From positions 23,376,001 to 23,440,000 of the forward strand of contig NW_024704742.1 in NCBI RefSeq assembly GCF_018977255.1: a stretch of 64,000 bases of DNA, written 5' to 3'. Below the pieces are notes generated by a model. That model worked only from the letters and a program-made list of their open reading frames with translations. It did no database searches and was not told the DNA's origin. This document shows positions 37,701 through 51,060 of this stretch, piece after piece. Source of the stretch: Callorhinchus milii (lineage: Eukaryota). A program made the position numbers and the translations under genes. Each line of letters opens with the position of its first letter. Position 1 is the first letter of the stretch.

Positions 37701-40125
37701 CACTACCTCTCCAATCTGCAGTGCAAAACATGGATTTATAAATTGTCCTTACTGGCAGCACTGGATCATTACTGTAGGTTTAAAAAGTCTTTTTTTGTAC
37801 CCCACAAACATCAGAGGAGTCAACACTATCAATTGTTATCTTCTTGATTTTCCTCGCTTTCTCTCACATTCACCCGTGCTGTCAACATACTTTTTTTCCG
37901 TGGGTCCACAACTGCTAATAAGTAAACTTGTTCTAATCCTCGTAGTATTAAGGCTTTAATTGGATTGGAGCCGGGTAGGGTATAAAATAGACTATTCAGT
38001 CAATAGGACTTTAGCCTTAGAGACTGGAAAGAGAAAGGTATTCTTGAAAGAAAATCCACAGGGATTCAGAGATTAAAAGAGGACTCAGTTGAACCCGTCA
38101 GATCCACAAGTTGTAATGAATTGTTTCCTTAAACAGGTAACTTTTTCTCAAAAAATGACCTTTCTAGTCCAGTCCAACATTAACCTGAGCTCCTGAATTC
38201 AAAGTGAACCAGAAGGAAAAGTGCCTCATTAAGAAAAAGCTCAAAGAAAGTAGCAAACAATAGCTGTTTCACTTCTTATTCTTCAGTTCGGATCATCTGT
38301 GCTGTTTAGCTAAAAGGCCACTGCATTGAAATTGTTCCTTTACTGTTGAGCAGTCTCCATTAATGCAAAAAAAGGTAGAAATGGCACTCAAGACGAAAAA
38401 TATTAGTATAAACGCCAAATCAAATACATCTAACCCAAAACTCTGAGTGCCAGGTCACACTATAGATATACATAACAGTATAAAGAGCAGCTAACAAGAC
38501 ACTAGCATTCTTTGGTAATTTCTCTCAAGATTTACTGCATGCAACTCAAGTGACTCTGGCACAACTCGCTCTAGGTGGTGGTCGAAAGTCTCCAGTACTA
38601 TAGTCACATCGCTGCAGACCTCAATCCTCTGCCACACAGACACAAAGCAAGACGAGGAATGCAAATGCCACCAAGGCAGCGTGCTGTTATCTCCTTATCA
38701 CCCAGGGACAACGGACCGAAGATCAAAGGCAATCTTCAAGCCTCACTATAGTGCCACATTTACACTACACTGACACCGTGAGGAAACCTCTCTGGAGTGG
38801 AGGATCGTAATGTAAACAAGATAGCAAATCTATTAACAGACACAAGCACTCAGATATGAAGTACATATTTGCTGAGACACACTGAGCCTAATTTTCAGGT
38901 TGTTCCCACACTCGCTGCAAAATCTTTTCGAAATATGTTTACACTCCTGAATCATGATTTTTTTAAACAGCTCTTGGAAATTATGGGACTATATGTGGGT
39001 ATATGTAACTTAATCTGATTTTTTTTCCTCATCTCCTCCACAATCTGCAAATGCAATTGGCACAGAATGCAAGAGGTTCTTGCCTTCATTTTTCTTTGGT
39101 TGAAGCAAGTTCTACCGAGCAATGATACTATAATAACCAGTTTTGATACTGTAATGTTGGGAACTCCTTTGCTGTGGCAGGAATGCAATTATGGAAGCTT
39201 GTAGTTTTTTTCCACCCTTTATGATTGTCACCATGTGGCATATTCCAGGTAGACAAAACACCTGCTCCCAGTCCTCCACGCTGTTACTTTATAACCAGTT
39301 GCTAGGAGACGTGATGGAGTTGTTGTGGTTGAGTTGACCATTGACCAACCCCCTCCCTGTCGCCTTGTGAGGAAGAGCCTGAAATCTATTCAGTACTTCC
39401 CCATGGAGGCACAGGTGAGATGAAGTCTCTTTGTAGGGAGCTACCTGCAGGAAGTCCAATGCTGGTAACAGGATTTTGTGCCGTCTGCACTATAATCCTT
39501 CCACTGCATTTTGTGTTTGAAAGCGGAAAACTGAAATCTAGACATACATATGGTGAGCTTCATTCGCTTAAATCTCAACAAAATCTGACCTTCCTATTGA
39601 AAATTGGTATTTTCTATACAAAGGAATTCTTGGGACATTAAAGCGCTATCGATAACTGTCCTCCATTGCACTCACAGTCAGATTGTGGTACTAAAATTAC
39701 CACAACCTCATAGAACTTTATTAGATCAAAATACTGTAAAATGCCAAGTGCCCACGTGACAAATATCCAGAGAAAGGAAGAGAAAGAAAGAGAAAGAAAA
39801 AGAGGAAGAGAAAAAATCAGCAAGAGAAAAAGAAACACTATGGCATATAGTCACAATATAACTCTTAAAGAACATTTTTTTATTTGGCTCTGTAACCATG
39901 TTGTACTTTGGGTGATGACCAAATATCCACATGGTCCACTTAGCCACAACAGGGGTAGTCCTAAATTATATGAATAATTGTCTTTTTATGAAGAGATGCC
40001 ATGAATTAAGTTATTGTATTACTTCTGTAAGCTATTATCTTAAATCAATTTGTCATACACTTCACACCATAATATTGGATTTTGTCCATTTGCAAGTTAT
40101 TTCCTTGAGATAAGAAAAATCATGT

Positions 40126-40312
40126 ACAACAACAACAACAAGATTGCATTTATAGAGCGCCTTTCACGTCGGGAGGACGTCCCAAGGCACTGGACAGTTG
40201 GGTCCAGACCCGAGCAGGGGGGAAATGGTCAGGGTGAGGGGAGGGATGGGAGGGAGCGAGGAGGGGGTAGAGAGTCGAGAGGGGAGCTGAAGGCACGGTT
40301 GAAGAGAAATGT
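40126..40312 (-). mobile_element. Young L2 LINE 3' end with (gtt)n tail
   Basis: (aac)n-agattgcatttatagagcgcctttcacgtcgggaggacgtcccaaggc followed by a G-rich 3' UTR; homologous to 14400-14563. Confidence 0.85.
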
Positions 40313-40434
40313 AATGTAGATATAGTGGGATCTTCTGGTGAGGAAGTGACTTGATTTACAGTGGGTTTTAGAGATATGTATTGCTGGGTAATTTGCTTTA
40401 TGCCCGATGTAAACACAAGGATGTTGGCGATCAG

Positions 40435-40582
40435 CCTGCCTTAAAACCTTTCTTTAACAGAACTTTTGGTCACCTTTCTCCCCTTCCCCCAGCTCTCAGG
40501 TTCCCAGTCGGCTCCGTGAAGCACTATGAGACATTTCCCAAAACATAAAAGGCACTCTATAAATGTAAAATTGTTGTTGTTA
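40435..40582 (+). mobile_element. Old L2 3' end
   Basis: cttaaaacctttcttt...gtgaagcactatgagaca...aaaggcactctataaatgtaaaattgttgttgtt. Confidence 0.65.
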
Positions 40583-41770
40583 TTTCTGGGTGCATATTAC
40601 GAATATAACTTCAATAGTAACTAAATCTTAATTTTACAAATCCTAAGAACATTGTTGTGATCTTAACTTGCATTGTAAAGGATTTACTTTCGTAACTTCA
40701 CATCATTTCAATCTGAATCTTTTTGAATTGTAAAGCACAAGAAAAGCTGGAATACACTATTTGCTGATAACCCAAATTTCTTTCCTGCCTTTTGTTTACA
40801 GTGATCCACTGCATATGCTAACATCTCTTTACAGCAAATACCTTTGGACATTTCTCACATTATATGTGAGAATCGTCACCAGAACTTGTGTATCACCCGC
40901 TTTCGCAGCATGTTTTACAGCTGCTATGAGCCCTCAACCTCCTGGGTATATATCTGGATTTTTATTCCATACATTTTTATCAGATACAAACTCCTGCTGT
41001 TCATTTTAATATGCAAATGGTAACGAAGTAAAACCTACACATGTGAACATTCAAACAAACTAATCAGACAACCTCGTCTGAATGAAGGTTGTTGTGGTTA
41101 ATGGTAGATTCAGTGAATTCCACATGTCGTTGGGAAAGTCCCGGCATCCACCTGGAAAGGCAGTCTCACCCAGCACTGTTCTTTTACAGTTTCTCGCTTC
41201 ATCGAATGACCTGATCCAGACCAGCTTGCTCAACAACCTCCCTTTAGCTGAATCCTCAATTCTTTATCCACTGGAACACCAGATGGGATTTCTGAGTCTA
41301 GCAGGAATGCTAAAACATTCCGGTCACTTTTCAGTGCAAAATATCAATCAATCAGTGATAACGCTCACCTGGGTCTATCCTATGGTGATTACTGAAATAC
41401 AGAGCACCCATGGGCCATGCTGAAGTGCAAGTCTGGATGATGTTATTCCATGAGAGGCCATCATCAAAGACATGGAGTAAAATCATGTCTTATATTGTAG
41501 TTTGCAAAAAGTACCTCTAATTTGGACGTACTTCCTGGGTGAGGGCTGGGTAAGTAGTCCCATGCTAGTGTATGTAAAAACATAAAGAAGCACTATTCCT
41601 AAGTGATGTTTACCTCAGTGGATGAAATAATTATATTTGGAGATTTGTTAAATGTGGAAGACTGCAAATATCACACTGTGCGATGTAGGTTATAAATTGT
41701 CGGGGAAGTTTCATCCTCCACCTGACTCATGCTATACCTAACTCTGTTGGTTTGATACTGACAATGTGGT

Positions 41771-42009
41771 ACAGCTAATTGCACACAGCAGTGTCCCACA
41801 AACAGTTGTGGATTTAGTGACCATTTTCTATGGGTTTATTACCCCCAGAAAAGCAATTCCCAATTGACTAACAACTGGGTTCCTACTTGCTGCTAGGTAA
41901 ACAGAGGCGTGTGGACAAAAGAAACTTGCCCAACGTTTCGCCCTGCCTGGGAATCAATACCCAGGTCCACTCGCTTGCGAGTGCTCTAACCACTAAGCTA
42001 CAGGACTCC
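41771..42009 (-). mobile_element. tRNA/Deu SINE, variant with an extra internal 63-nt segment, 3'-truncated
   Basis: Head ggagtcctgtagcttagtggttagagcactcgcaagcgag plus Deu segment; 41842-41904 is absent from the other copies. Confidence 0.85.
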
Positions 42010-43518
42010 CAAGAAAGGCTTGGTTTAAAGCCAGAATTTATCTTATAGAAACTGTCAAATCATCAATTACAAGTGGTCCAAAAAGGTTATCTCAAGAAGT
42101 TTGTAGAACATAATTGTGCAGGGAAGAGAAGAAAATTGATACAATAGTAAAGGTGCAAACCTTCTCAGACAGAAAGGCAACCAACTAGTTGCAAAACAAA
42201 GTCCCCTTGGTGCAAGGAAATCTGACCAGAAATTTATGGCTGGAATAAACATTGCTATTGTTTCATTTAGGTTTACTTGTTGCAGAGAATTGACTTCAGT
42301 AAATTTGTCTTAGCCAATGAGACAGTAATTAGTGTTGAACATGTTTGCTTCCCTCAAAAAGATACATAACTAAAAGATTATCAGTGTAAAATGAGAAAGT
42401 GCAGACAGAGAGGAAACATGTACTTTTAATAGCAGAATAGTAATGGTTGGATGGACAGATTTCTATCCTTGTAAAAAAACATTTAAAATGCTTCAGAGCC
42501 CTTTAAAAGTCACTGTTCAGTAGCCACAGCCCCTGTGGGTGTGTCACTTCATACAGGCAAGTTGGTTTATTAGATGTAATTACTCCAAACTATCCTGGAA
42601 CCACTGCTGTGTTTTGTCTGACTGTGTGTCTGATCATCTCTTCAGTTGCTAAAACTACAGCATTGAAGAATGAGTGCTCCAGTTGTACAGCTCATTTTAT
42701 AAGGGCAGAACACATTTTGCTCACAGCTTCCTTCCAATTGTATCACAGCACATGTAATGCAATTACTAAAATATTCACACATTGATTATACCAGTTCCCA
42801 CCTCTCCTCAAATTATAGGTTATATAATTATATGCTATTATTCTAAGTCAGTAAACCTGCAAGTAAATCTGTGAATTCCAATATAAATAACAGCAGGAAA
42901 TCTAAATTTAAATCTATTATCATTCATATAACAGGCGGTCACCTCTTAAGAGACAAAGCAGAGCCTATATGGTGAATTTAACAAGAAAGCTGCAGTATCA
43001 ATTTGAGTTATTTTAGTCTGATTCCACCATGCAATAATCTAAATTTTACCTGCCAAATTTATTAGTTTGAAATTTTAATACTGATCTAGATTAGAGCTTG
43101 CATGAATCATTTTAAATGAATTACAGTAGCATGTTACTGATCACAAAGGCCTAATATTAGGAAAATGACTAACCTGTTATTTAACTTCCAGTTGATGTAT
43201 TTTAGCTAGTTCTGCTATAATTGCTGTGATTAGATATTTAACTGCCCACAATTCAGATCTTTTATGAAATTATAAAGATAAAAAAAGCATTTGTAGGAAT
43301 GCTTCTTCACCACCACTGGAGAAAACAAAAACACAAACAATTGGAATGAAATTATGAATAGGATATGATTATAAAAATAATGATTGACTGAAGAATTGTT
43401 ATATTGTGAGAATTATTATTGGCTACTATTTGATTTGTGTTGTCCCTATTGCACTGCACCAAACTCCACGAGCCTATTACCTCAATCCTTGCCCGGCTCC
43501 ATTGGCTGAACCTAACAT

Positions 43519-43720
43519 TCCCCACACTATGAGCTCTTGACTTCAATTATGCCAAAATGGGCAGTTGCCAAATGAAGGGAAGGCAATGACCTCACAGCAA
43601 GAGGAAAATGAAGGCTATGAAAGAGATCAACAATTCTATTTTACAAGGGCACTTGCACTTGCTTTATGAGAGCTGGAATTTCTACTTCCTAACAGCTTTT
43701 TTTTGCTAGAAAGTAAGAGA
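43519..43720. repeat. Unclassified interspersed repeat, copy B
   Basis: Direct similarity to 11348-11550. Confidence 0.75.
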
Positions 43721-44199
43721 GGAGAATTGTAGGTCTGTTAGCTTCATGAAGTTGTAAACTTCATGGAGGTGTGAAGATCATGGAGGTATAGAGAATAACG
43801 AGGCTGAAGACTATAACTGAAGGGATAGAATGACTGGGTTGTACAATGAATACTAATGTTAAAATATGGGCATATTAAAGGATCATTTGTAATTGTACAA
43901 CAATAACATACGAAAATACCAAAGGAAAAAAATTCATTTATCCATCAAGCTCTTTTCATGCACAGCCCATGCGCAATTTTCTTTATCATAGAATCAATCT
44001 GATCATTTCATCTCCTGAGAAAGGTTCTGCAAATTTTCACCTTGTCCTCAAAAGGAAAGTTAAGTGAAATTTCAGAATATCTATTTAACCTTACATCCTA
44101 TATTCTGGCCCAGTTGTCTTGCTTGACACATTGCATGTCTCAGGTTTCACAAAGCTACCTTAATCTTTTTATAATCCTGTTAATCCTATTCTGAACTAG

Positions 44200-44612
44200 A
44201 TACTGTACTCATCCAGATACTTTTCCAATGTCTTAATTGCCACATTAACTGTTATATCGGTCTATTTTACCCATCCACAATTCTGTAGGGAAATAAATTT
44301 CCTCATCTCAAGTATTTGCCTGAGCTTTGTTAATTTTATATTCACATAACCTAGTTCTGAAGATGCAGTCCAAGTAAATCCATGTTATCATTCCTCTCAG
44401 CATTTTAAATACATGGCATTGTGTCTTCATTCAACCTCCTTTTCCCCATTGAAGCCAAATTCAGTTCTACAAGTTTCTCATGATTCAGGGCTTTAAGATT
44501 CAGAGCCTTAATTCCCTCAATCATCTGGAGACTCTTCCCAAAATTCTCTTCTTTTCATGCCTTTTTAAAGATCAGATGTCCAAATTTCCACAAAATGTGG
44601 TCTAGTCATAGA
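44200..44612 (-). mobile_element. Highly degenerate CR1 fragment
   Basis: Reverse-complement relics of CR1 ORF2 C-terminal motifs (LD..VEIWT..LKRH, E.L.EL..ASMG.RRL, VFKMLRG). Confidence 0.5.
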
Positions 44613-44655
44613 TTCACAAAAATGAATCTGGAACTCCGATTGTGTCGAATCTCTT

Positions 44656-44927
44656 AATAATAATAATAATCCTTGCATTTGATATAGCACTTTTCACATC
44701 AGGAGGACGTCCCAAAGCGCTTCACAGAACACACTGTAAAATGAATGGACTGTATATTTGTGGGCGAACGCGGCAGCTAATTGCGCACAGCAATGTCCCA
44801 CAAACAGTCATGGATTGAAAATGACCAATTTATTATTGTTTTGTTTTTGGAGGGATTATTATTAAGCGTGTGGAGTAAGGAAACTTTCCCAAGGTTTCGC
44901 TCTGCCTGGAATTGAACTCCAGTCTCT
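44656..44927 (-). mobile_element. Young tRNA/Deu SINE, 5'-truncated
   Basis: Highly similar to 56038-56332; (aat)5 tail. Confidence 0.92.
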
Positions 44928-45010
44928 TGGAAACGATCTAGAAGTTGGAATTAAGATCATCATTGGAACAGGATTCCAGACAGACATGCGATTTTCAAAT
45001 CCCTTTGGAA

Positions 45011-45090
45011 ATGATAATGAACTTTGCATTTGATATAGCGCCTTATCACGTCTTTGAGCTGTCGCAAAGTGCTTCACAGATTATACTGAA
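45011..45090 (-). mobile_element. SINE 3' tail fragment
   Basis: ttgcatttgatatagcgccttatcacgtc...aaagtgcttcacaga. Confidence 0.75.
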
Positions 45091-45526
45091 TATCTCGCAA
45101 TTTAGACCCCAATAACTAAGACAATAACATATTTTGACTGGAGACAAAATAATCTGGAAATGCATCCTGGTTTATGATGAGCATTGTTAATAACAGCTGA
45201 TTAATATTGAAAAAACACTTTTAGTGATAAACACCCGATTGGCCTGATAAATACTTCTTTTTACCTGTTCAAATGTGCATGACATGATATTTTTCTATAT
45301 TAAAATCACTGCCATTCTTTAGCCCATCCACTGAATGAGAACAGATCTTTATGGTATCTATTGTATAATGATCCCTTCAGGTACTCCAGAGACAACAAGG
45401 TAAACCATTGGCACATTCACCTCAGTCATAGTAAAGATTAAGAGGGATCAGGAACCTCAGCTGGGTGAACCATAATCTTGTCATTTCTGTAACCCCAAGA
45501 TAAATAGTTTACTATATAGCCTAATG

Positions 45527-45750
45527 CAGTGATGGCCAACCTGTTGTCCCCAGGCTGGAAGTGGTCCATCAAGAAGCGCCCGCCACCTCCCCACCCCCTC
45601 CCCAAACATTAGCACGAGTCCTGTTACATCCATGTTTGATCAGTAGTGTATTTTCATTTTTTTCTTAATTGAATTTTTATTTGATTTATTTGAAATATTC
45701 AATCAAGAAAATTTATTTCATTGGCCAACCATAAAGGTGGGCCACTACTG
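45527..45750. mobile_element. Non-autonomous hAT (Charlie-like) MITE, 224 bp
   Basis: TIRs cagtgatggccaacct / aggtgggccactactg (13/16); perfect 8-bp TSD gcctaatg at 45519-45526 and 45751-45758. Confidence 0.9.
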
Positions 45751-45906
45751 GCCTAATGTTTCCACACTTCTCAATTCTTCTATCGAAAATGTCCCATGTA
45801 TACTGTAATTGTGGGAAGAATAACCTGAAAACTTGCCTTGCAACAGAGATAGTGTTATAGTAGAAAGCCAATAAATTCAAATTATATGTTTTATATAGAT
45901 TTATAT

Positions 45907-46846
45907 ATTGTGCATCCAATTTCTCCAGAATAATTTGTAGATTATTCTGGTGCAAATCGGATACCCTTCCCTGAACATCAAACTGAACGAGTATCAGATG
46001 TCATTTTTTGTCTCACACGATAGTTTTATCAAATAACATATTTAAACAATGCCTTGGACAAGCTTCAAGAATGTTTTGAATGGCTTCAGCTTCTGCTAGT
46101 ATTCTTAATGATCAGTTGTTACATATCGTCATTCAGCAGAAGATTCGTAACATGCTAAGAGGAAATAATTGTCAATATTGACAAGAAACATGCCCAAAGC
46201 TCCCTACTTCGCCAAATTTCCAGACTTACACCACAGCCAAAAAAAGTTAACACTTACTAACTTACTGGGATAAACAAGAATGTCCAGCATTTAATCTAAA
46301 TAACAATTGATAGAAGGCAGTGATTTCAAGACAGTAATCTTGGGTTTAGATTACTTTCATAAATCACTAAAGTGAACCCAGAGATTAGATTACAGTCATG
46401 TAATCCTTCCATGTTATCCATTATTCTCTCTATACACAGTGGAATGCAGTTATATACAATGGGTTGGGGCAGAAAAAAAAGGTTAAGTATAACTTGAGCT
46501 ACAAAAAACAGGATAGCTGAACCACTACAGCTCATATTAGAGTACTACCTCCAAATTGCTTATACCAGAACTGGATAAAAGGACATGACTATACAACACA
46601 AAAACACAGTCCACCCAGGTACAATGCACTTTTGTTTTTTAAAAAATTCCTTTTTTTGTATTTTTTGCATTATTGCGTACTATAACAAATACACCCTACA
46701 CTGAACATAAAACCAAAAGTTTGTATTGTTGTAAACAGTTAAACTGTATATGTCTGTCTTTATAAATAATATATGATTTACATAAATATGTATGATTTAC
46801 ACCAGAATATTCAACAAATTATTCTAGAGAAATTGGATACACAATT
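45907..46846. repeat. ~58-bp inverted repeat pair (45907-45964, 46790-46846) about 825 bp apart
   Basis: gatttgcaccagaataatctacaaattattctggagaaattggatgcacaat (minus) versus gatttacaccagaatattcaacaaattattctagagaaattggatacacaat (plus). Confidence 0.85.
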
Positions 46847-49800
46847 GTACAACAATCATCTAAGTTGTACATTCACCCAAGTCCCATTCAGTTTCCTATC
46901 AAAACCACTTAGATTTCTTTGCATTACTCGTATTTTTCACCTCCTGTCTTGTAACACCGCTCCCCTACTCTCCATTACACCCCCACTTACCAGCTGCATT
47001 GAATTGTGGAGATCATATATATCAAATGCAAGGATTATTATTAAATTACTTTCTGACCCATCGACGCGTGCGCATTTACCGACGGCTGCACTGAATCGCA
47101 GAAAGCGTAGTCTTGATCTGTTGCCGCATGCGCATAAGAATATTATTTGCCACGATTCAATGCGATTCCAACACTTGCTGGTAAGTGTGCATGTGGGGAA
47201 GGGTCAAAGCGCATTGAATCAGGGAAATGCGCCAGCGACATTATTCAGTTAAACAAAACCGAACATCAAATGGCCTTCCAATATATTCACTGTGATTGTT
47301 TAAAGAGTGAGTGGCACACCATAAGTTACCCTCTTTTAAAGTAAACAACCACAAATATTGTTAGTTAAGAAGCACACGAATGTTTGAAGTTTTTTGAATC
47401 AGATAAATATATATATATAGGTTAAAATGGCAAGTGTTGTACAAATACCAAGAGAAAGATCATTTTAAAGGAATTACTGTACTCCACATATGACAACTAA
47501 CATCCAGAGACCTAACCATTAACCCAATGATTAGCATAGAACCATTTGCTGTAACGTGCTGGTTACCATCTGAAACAGGGTGTTGCATTCTCCTTCGATA
47601 TAGATTTTTTGTTCAATCAAAAATAGTGAACCGTGCCAAGTGATCCTGGTGGAATGTAGACAAATTTAAAGTCAAACTGATTATTTTGGGAGGACACGCT
47701 GACTTTCTGATATGTTTGTTTTTTAATGTATACTGGAAAGTAGCAGTTTCAAAAACATTCCCTTTCTGCATTGATATATATAAATGTTTTGTTTCCAGCT
47801 TTGCAAATCTCAACATCTTTGCACATGTAGTGTGGAATAAATATGAACAATGAAGGGAATCTGTTGCTATAGGAATGGCCCCTTGTGTTTCTGAAAGAAT
47901 TTCTGATTTGATTTTAAATGCTACAGTGCAAATACACAGCACTGTCATCATTAGAAGACTCAGTTGGTTTTCCAAGTTTTCTTCAGAAGCATATCCATTT
48001 TTGGGGAACTATAAATAACATTCATTCACAAATTATTCTATAGTTAGGAAACGTATATGATCCTTCAATATTTGTGTATTATCATACACAAAAAAATGTA
48101 AAGACTTCAATATTAATTCTTTGGTGTCTAGTTCAAGGCAGGTAGTGATATTGGATGTATTCCTGTACCACCCTCTCTCAAGAAAAAAATAATCTTGAGA
48201 GTTTCCAGTGGTTCACACCTATTGTACAGCGGTACAGAGCAGGAACAATGTTTTTTCAAGAGAGAATATTAGAGGAACCAATCAATCCAAACTACTGATG
48301 GAAGTCTCAGTGGACATTAACATGTTGCCTCCCCACCCAATTCAACAGAGTACGGTGCCATTGTTCATGAAAGGAAAAATAATCTAATAGGAAAAGCGAA
48401 AAAGGAAATTACCAAAAAAACATATGTTTGAACACTAGTATCTTTTCTCACCTCAACACAAACCAATACCTTTTTTCAGACATACAGAAATTGATGCGAC
48501 TATCACAAGTTTATTAAACCTATAGGCCCAATTTTCAGCTTTTTGTATAACAACCGGTTTAGCCAGATTGTCTTGGTACTTTTCTTTCAATTCACTGGAG
48601 TAGTTTGTCCTTCAGGCAATCTGCTTATTTCTCTGAGTTCTGGAACAGTTGTGTTTTACACTGCGCTGCAGCTGGAAAAAATCAGTTTAGCAAACTCAAG
48701 AAATATGAAATGAGACAATAATGTTCCGTGCAGCAGCAGTGCCGATTCTATCAATAAAAATAATCGGACCTCCATATAATTAGTGCCTGAGCAGGCGGGC
48801 AAATCTTTTTTACCCAAAAACTAATCTTACAGCAAATCCAGCTGCAACTTTTGTTCATTGAGAATTACATAAATATTAGCCTTATTCACTTTTATATTGA
48901 GTTAAGACTTAATTTATTTTCAGAAACATGTGCAAGTTTGTCCATTTTGCAAATAATATAGCAATATTTTCATACTGAAAAAAAGGCTTATATTGTGGGT
49001 TTTAAAAATCAGATTAACTGATGCTGTATGAATGAAGCAACTCCTGATTTGCAAAATTACTAAAATGAAGTCAGTAATTCTTTTGAAAAAATTATTGCAA
49101 ACAACTGTAGTTTTTTGTGGAGATAGAAAGATAACTGCAAATGGTGGCAAGAAACTACATTGCTCAAGTATCTCAACTAATAGATAGAAATTCAAATCAT
49201 TCCTGACTGACATATCCATTTGGCTTTCCCCAGAGGGAGAGTTTGCCAAATACCAGCCAGATCATATGAAGAGAGAAAGAGAGAGTGAAGGAATAAAGGA
49301 AGAGACATATCTACATCCCTCTCATACAGTAAGACAGAGCACCACTTGCGTGCTAGTCTACAAAGGTGCCAATGTCTTGTCCTACTCAATGAGAAAGACA
49401 ATGTGAGTATATATAATAATCCTTGCATTTGATATAGCGCTTTTCACGTCATATATATATATAGGTCAATATAGGTCAACAGTAACACAATGGATATTTT
49501 ATACAAAATTTAGCAATTTTATTTTTGCATTGGTACCAGTTTCAGGGAAGAATCATTTCAACTAGGCTATCCATCCAATTATCCATTAGATTCCATCAAC
49601 GTACATCTAATATCTATATCTAATAATCATTTTAGTTGGCAGAAGCTTGTCAAATTATTTCCTCAAACCTTATATATTTTGTTGTGTCACCACCTGTTCT
49701 GGTAGTTTGTTCCACATTCCTATCGCCCTTTTACTAATTTGTTAAAAAAGAATTATTCAGAATTTAATAAATGATATCAATACATATTGAACAGTAATTA

Positions 49801-49885
49801 TAGTTACATTCATAATTAATATGGTTAGCTACAGAATCCACTGAAAATGACAGTGTTTGCCATGTCACGGAGTAAAGTGAGTCAA

Positions 49886-50250
49886 TTTAGCTGAGTTGGT
49901 AGCACTCTCGCCTTGGAGTAAGAAGGTCATGGGTTCAAGCTGCACGTCAGAACTTGGTACTCATATTCTAAGATGACACTAAATTGCAGTGCTAAGGGGT
50001 GTGCTGGATTGTTGGAGGTACCATTCTTTGGATTAGACATCAACCAGATTGATGTTAAAGAACCCATGGCATTTTTCGAAAAGAGAAGTGAGTTTTTCTC
50101 CATGTCCTGGCCAACAATCCGCCAAAATAACAAATGGTTATTTAACTCTTGACTGCTTGTGGGTCATTACAGACTGAATTTGGCTGGCGCAATTGCCCAT
50201 AAAACACATACAGTCATTGCATTTTACAATAATATCATGTGTGAAGCCTA
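49886..50250 (+). mobile_element. Near full-length old Deu-SINE (SacSINE1-like)
   Basis: A box tagctgagttgg, B box gggttcaagc, then gcagtgctaagggg..ttggaggtacc..gttaaagaacccatggca..tgtcctggccaac..gcttgtgggtc..tgtgaagc. Confidence 0.78.
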
Positions 50251-50949
50251 CTGTTAATGCAGTGCTGTACCACCAATTACTGTATCACCAAATATCACTC
50301 CCTCTGCACGTTGGACTTTTTTAAATTCCCCTTATCTACCAAATGAGAAGCCATATGATGCAAGTGCAATGCAAACATACCCACCACAATTCAAATCTGG
50401 TTAAAGACATTCAATACGAAACAGCGTATTACAGTCTTTCACAAGACATAACCTTTCATTGTCTCATGCTTCACTACCATATTGTCTGCTCTTCCTCCAC
50501 CGCAGCAAGTATGTTTGAGCATGTGCTAGTTCCAAGAAAGACATTAGTCATCATTAGTAGAAGCACTGACATCAAGTCTAAGTGCTTCTCCACAATCACC
50601 AAGTGGCAATCATCTTTTCCCATCCTGTCACTGCTGATTAAGCTTTTCTTTCATGAAAATTTAATTTGCCTTTTTATCTGGTCCTCCACCCCCCCACCAA
50701 CCACCACCAGACACACACTTGCAATACAATTCTGGGATACAAATGAACCAGTATGTATTCTCAAACCCACATGAAGGCTTCAGAGACTTTTTGATCAAAA
50801 CTGCACTATCATGGCTCAAATCAAGCTGGAACAGTGCCCAGCTTTGTGGTTAAGAATGAAAAACAGCATAAACCCATACACAGAATCCAATCAAGAATGG
50901 AAGAACTGAGAATGTGATTTGTTTAATGAGCGCACTGCACTTGCTGACA

Positions 50950-51060
50950 AAATTACACGGTCGCTACACTTTACAGTGAATCCTGTGAAATGCTTTGAGA
51001 CATCTTCCCAAAATGAAAAATGCTAATATGCAAGGATGCAAATGCAAGGATTATTATTAC
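50950..51060 (+). mobile_element. SINE 3' tail fragment
   Basis: cactttacagtgaatcctgtgaaatgctttgagaca...aaatgcaaggattattatta. Confidence 0.7.

Noticed and set aside
46773..47252. 159-aa ORF sharing LHQN.Q.ILEKLD with ORF 45713-45955
   Set aside because: The shared peptide is explained by the DNA inverted repeat; the ORF crosses a SINE-tail remnant and has no family resemblance.
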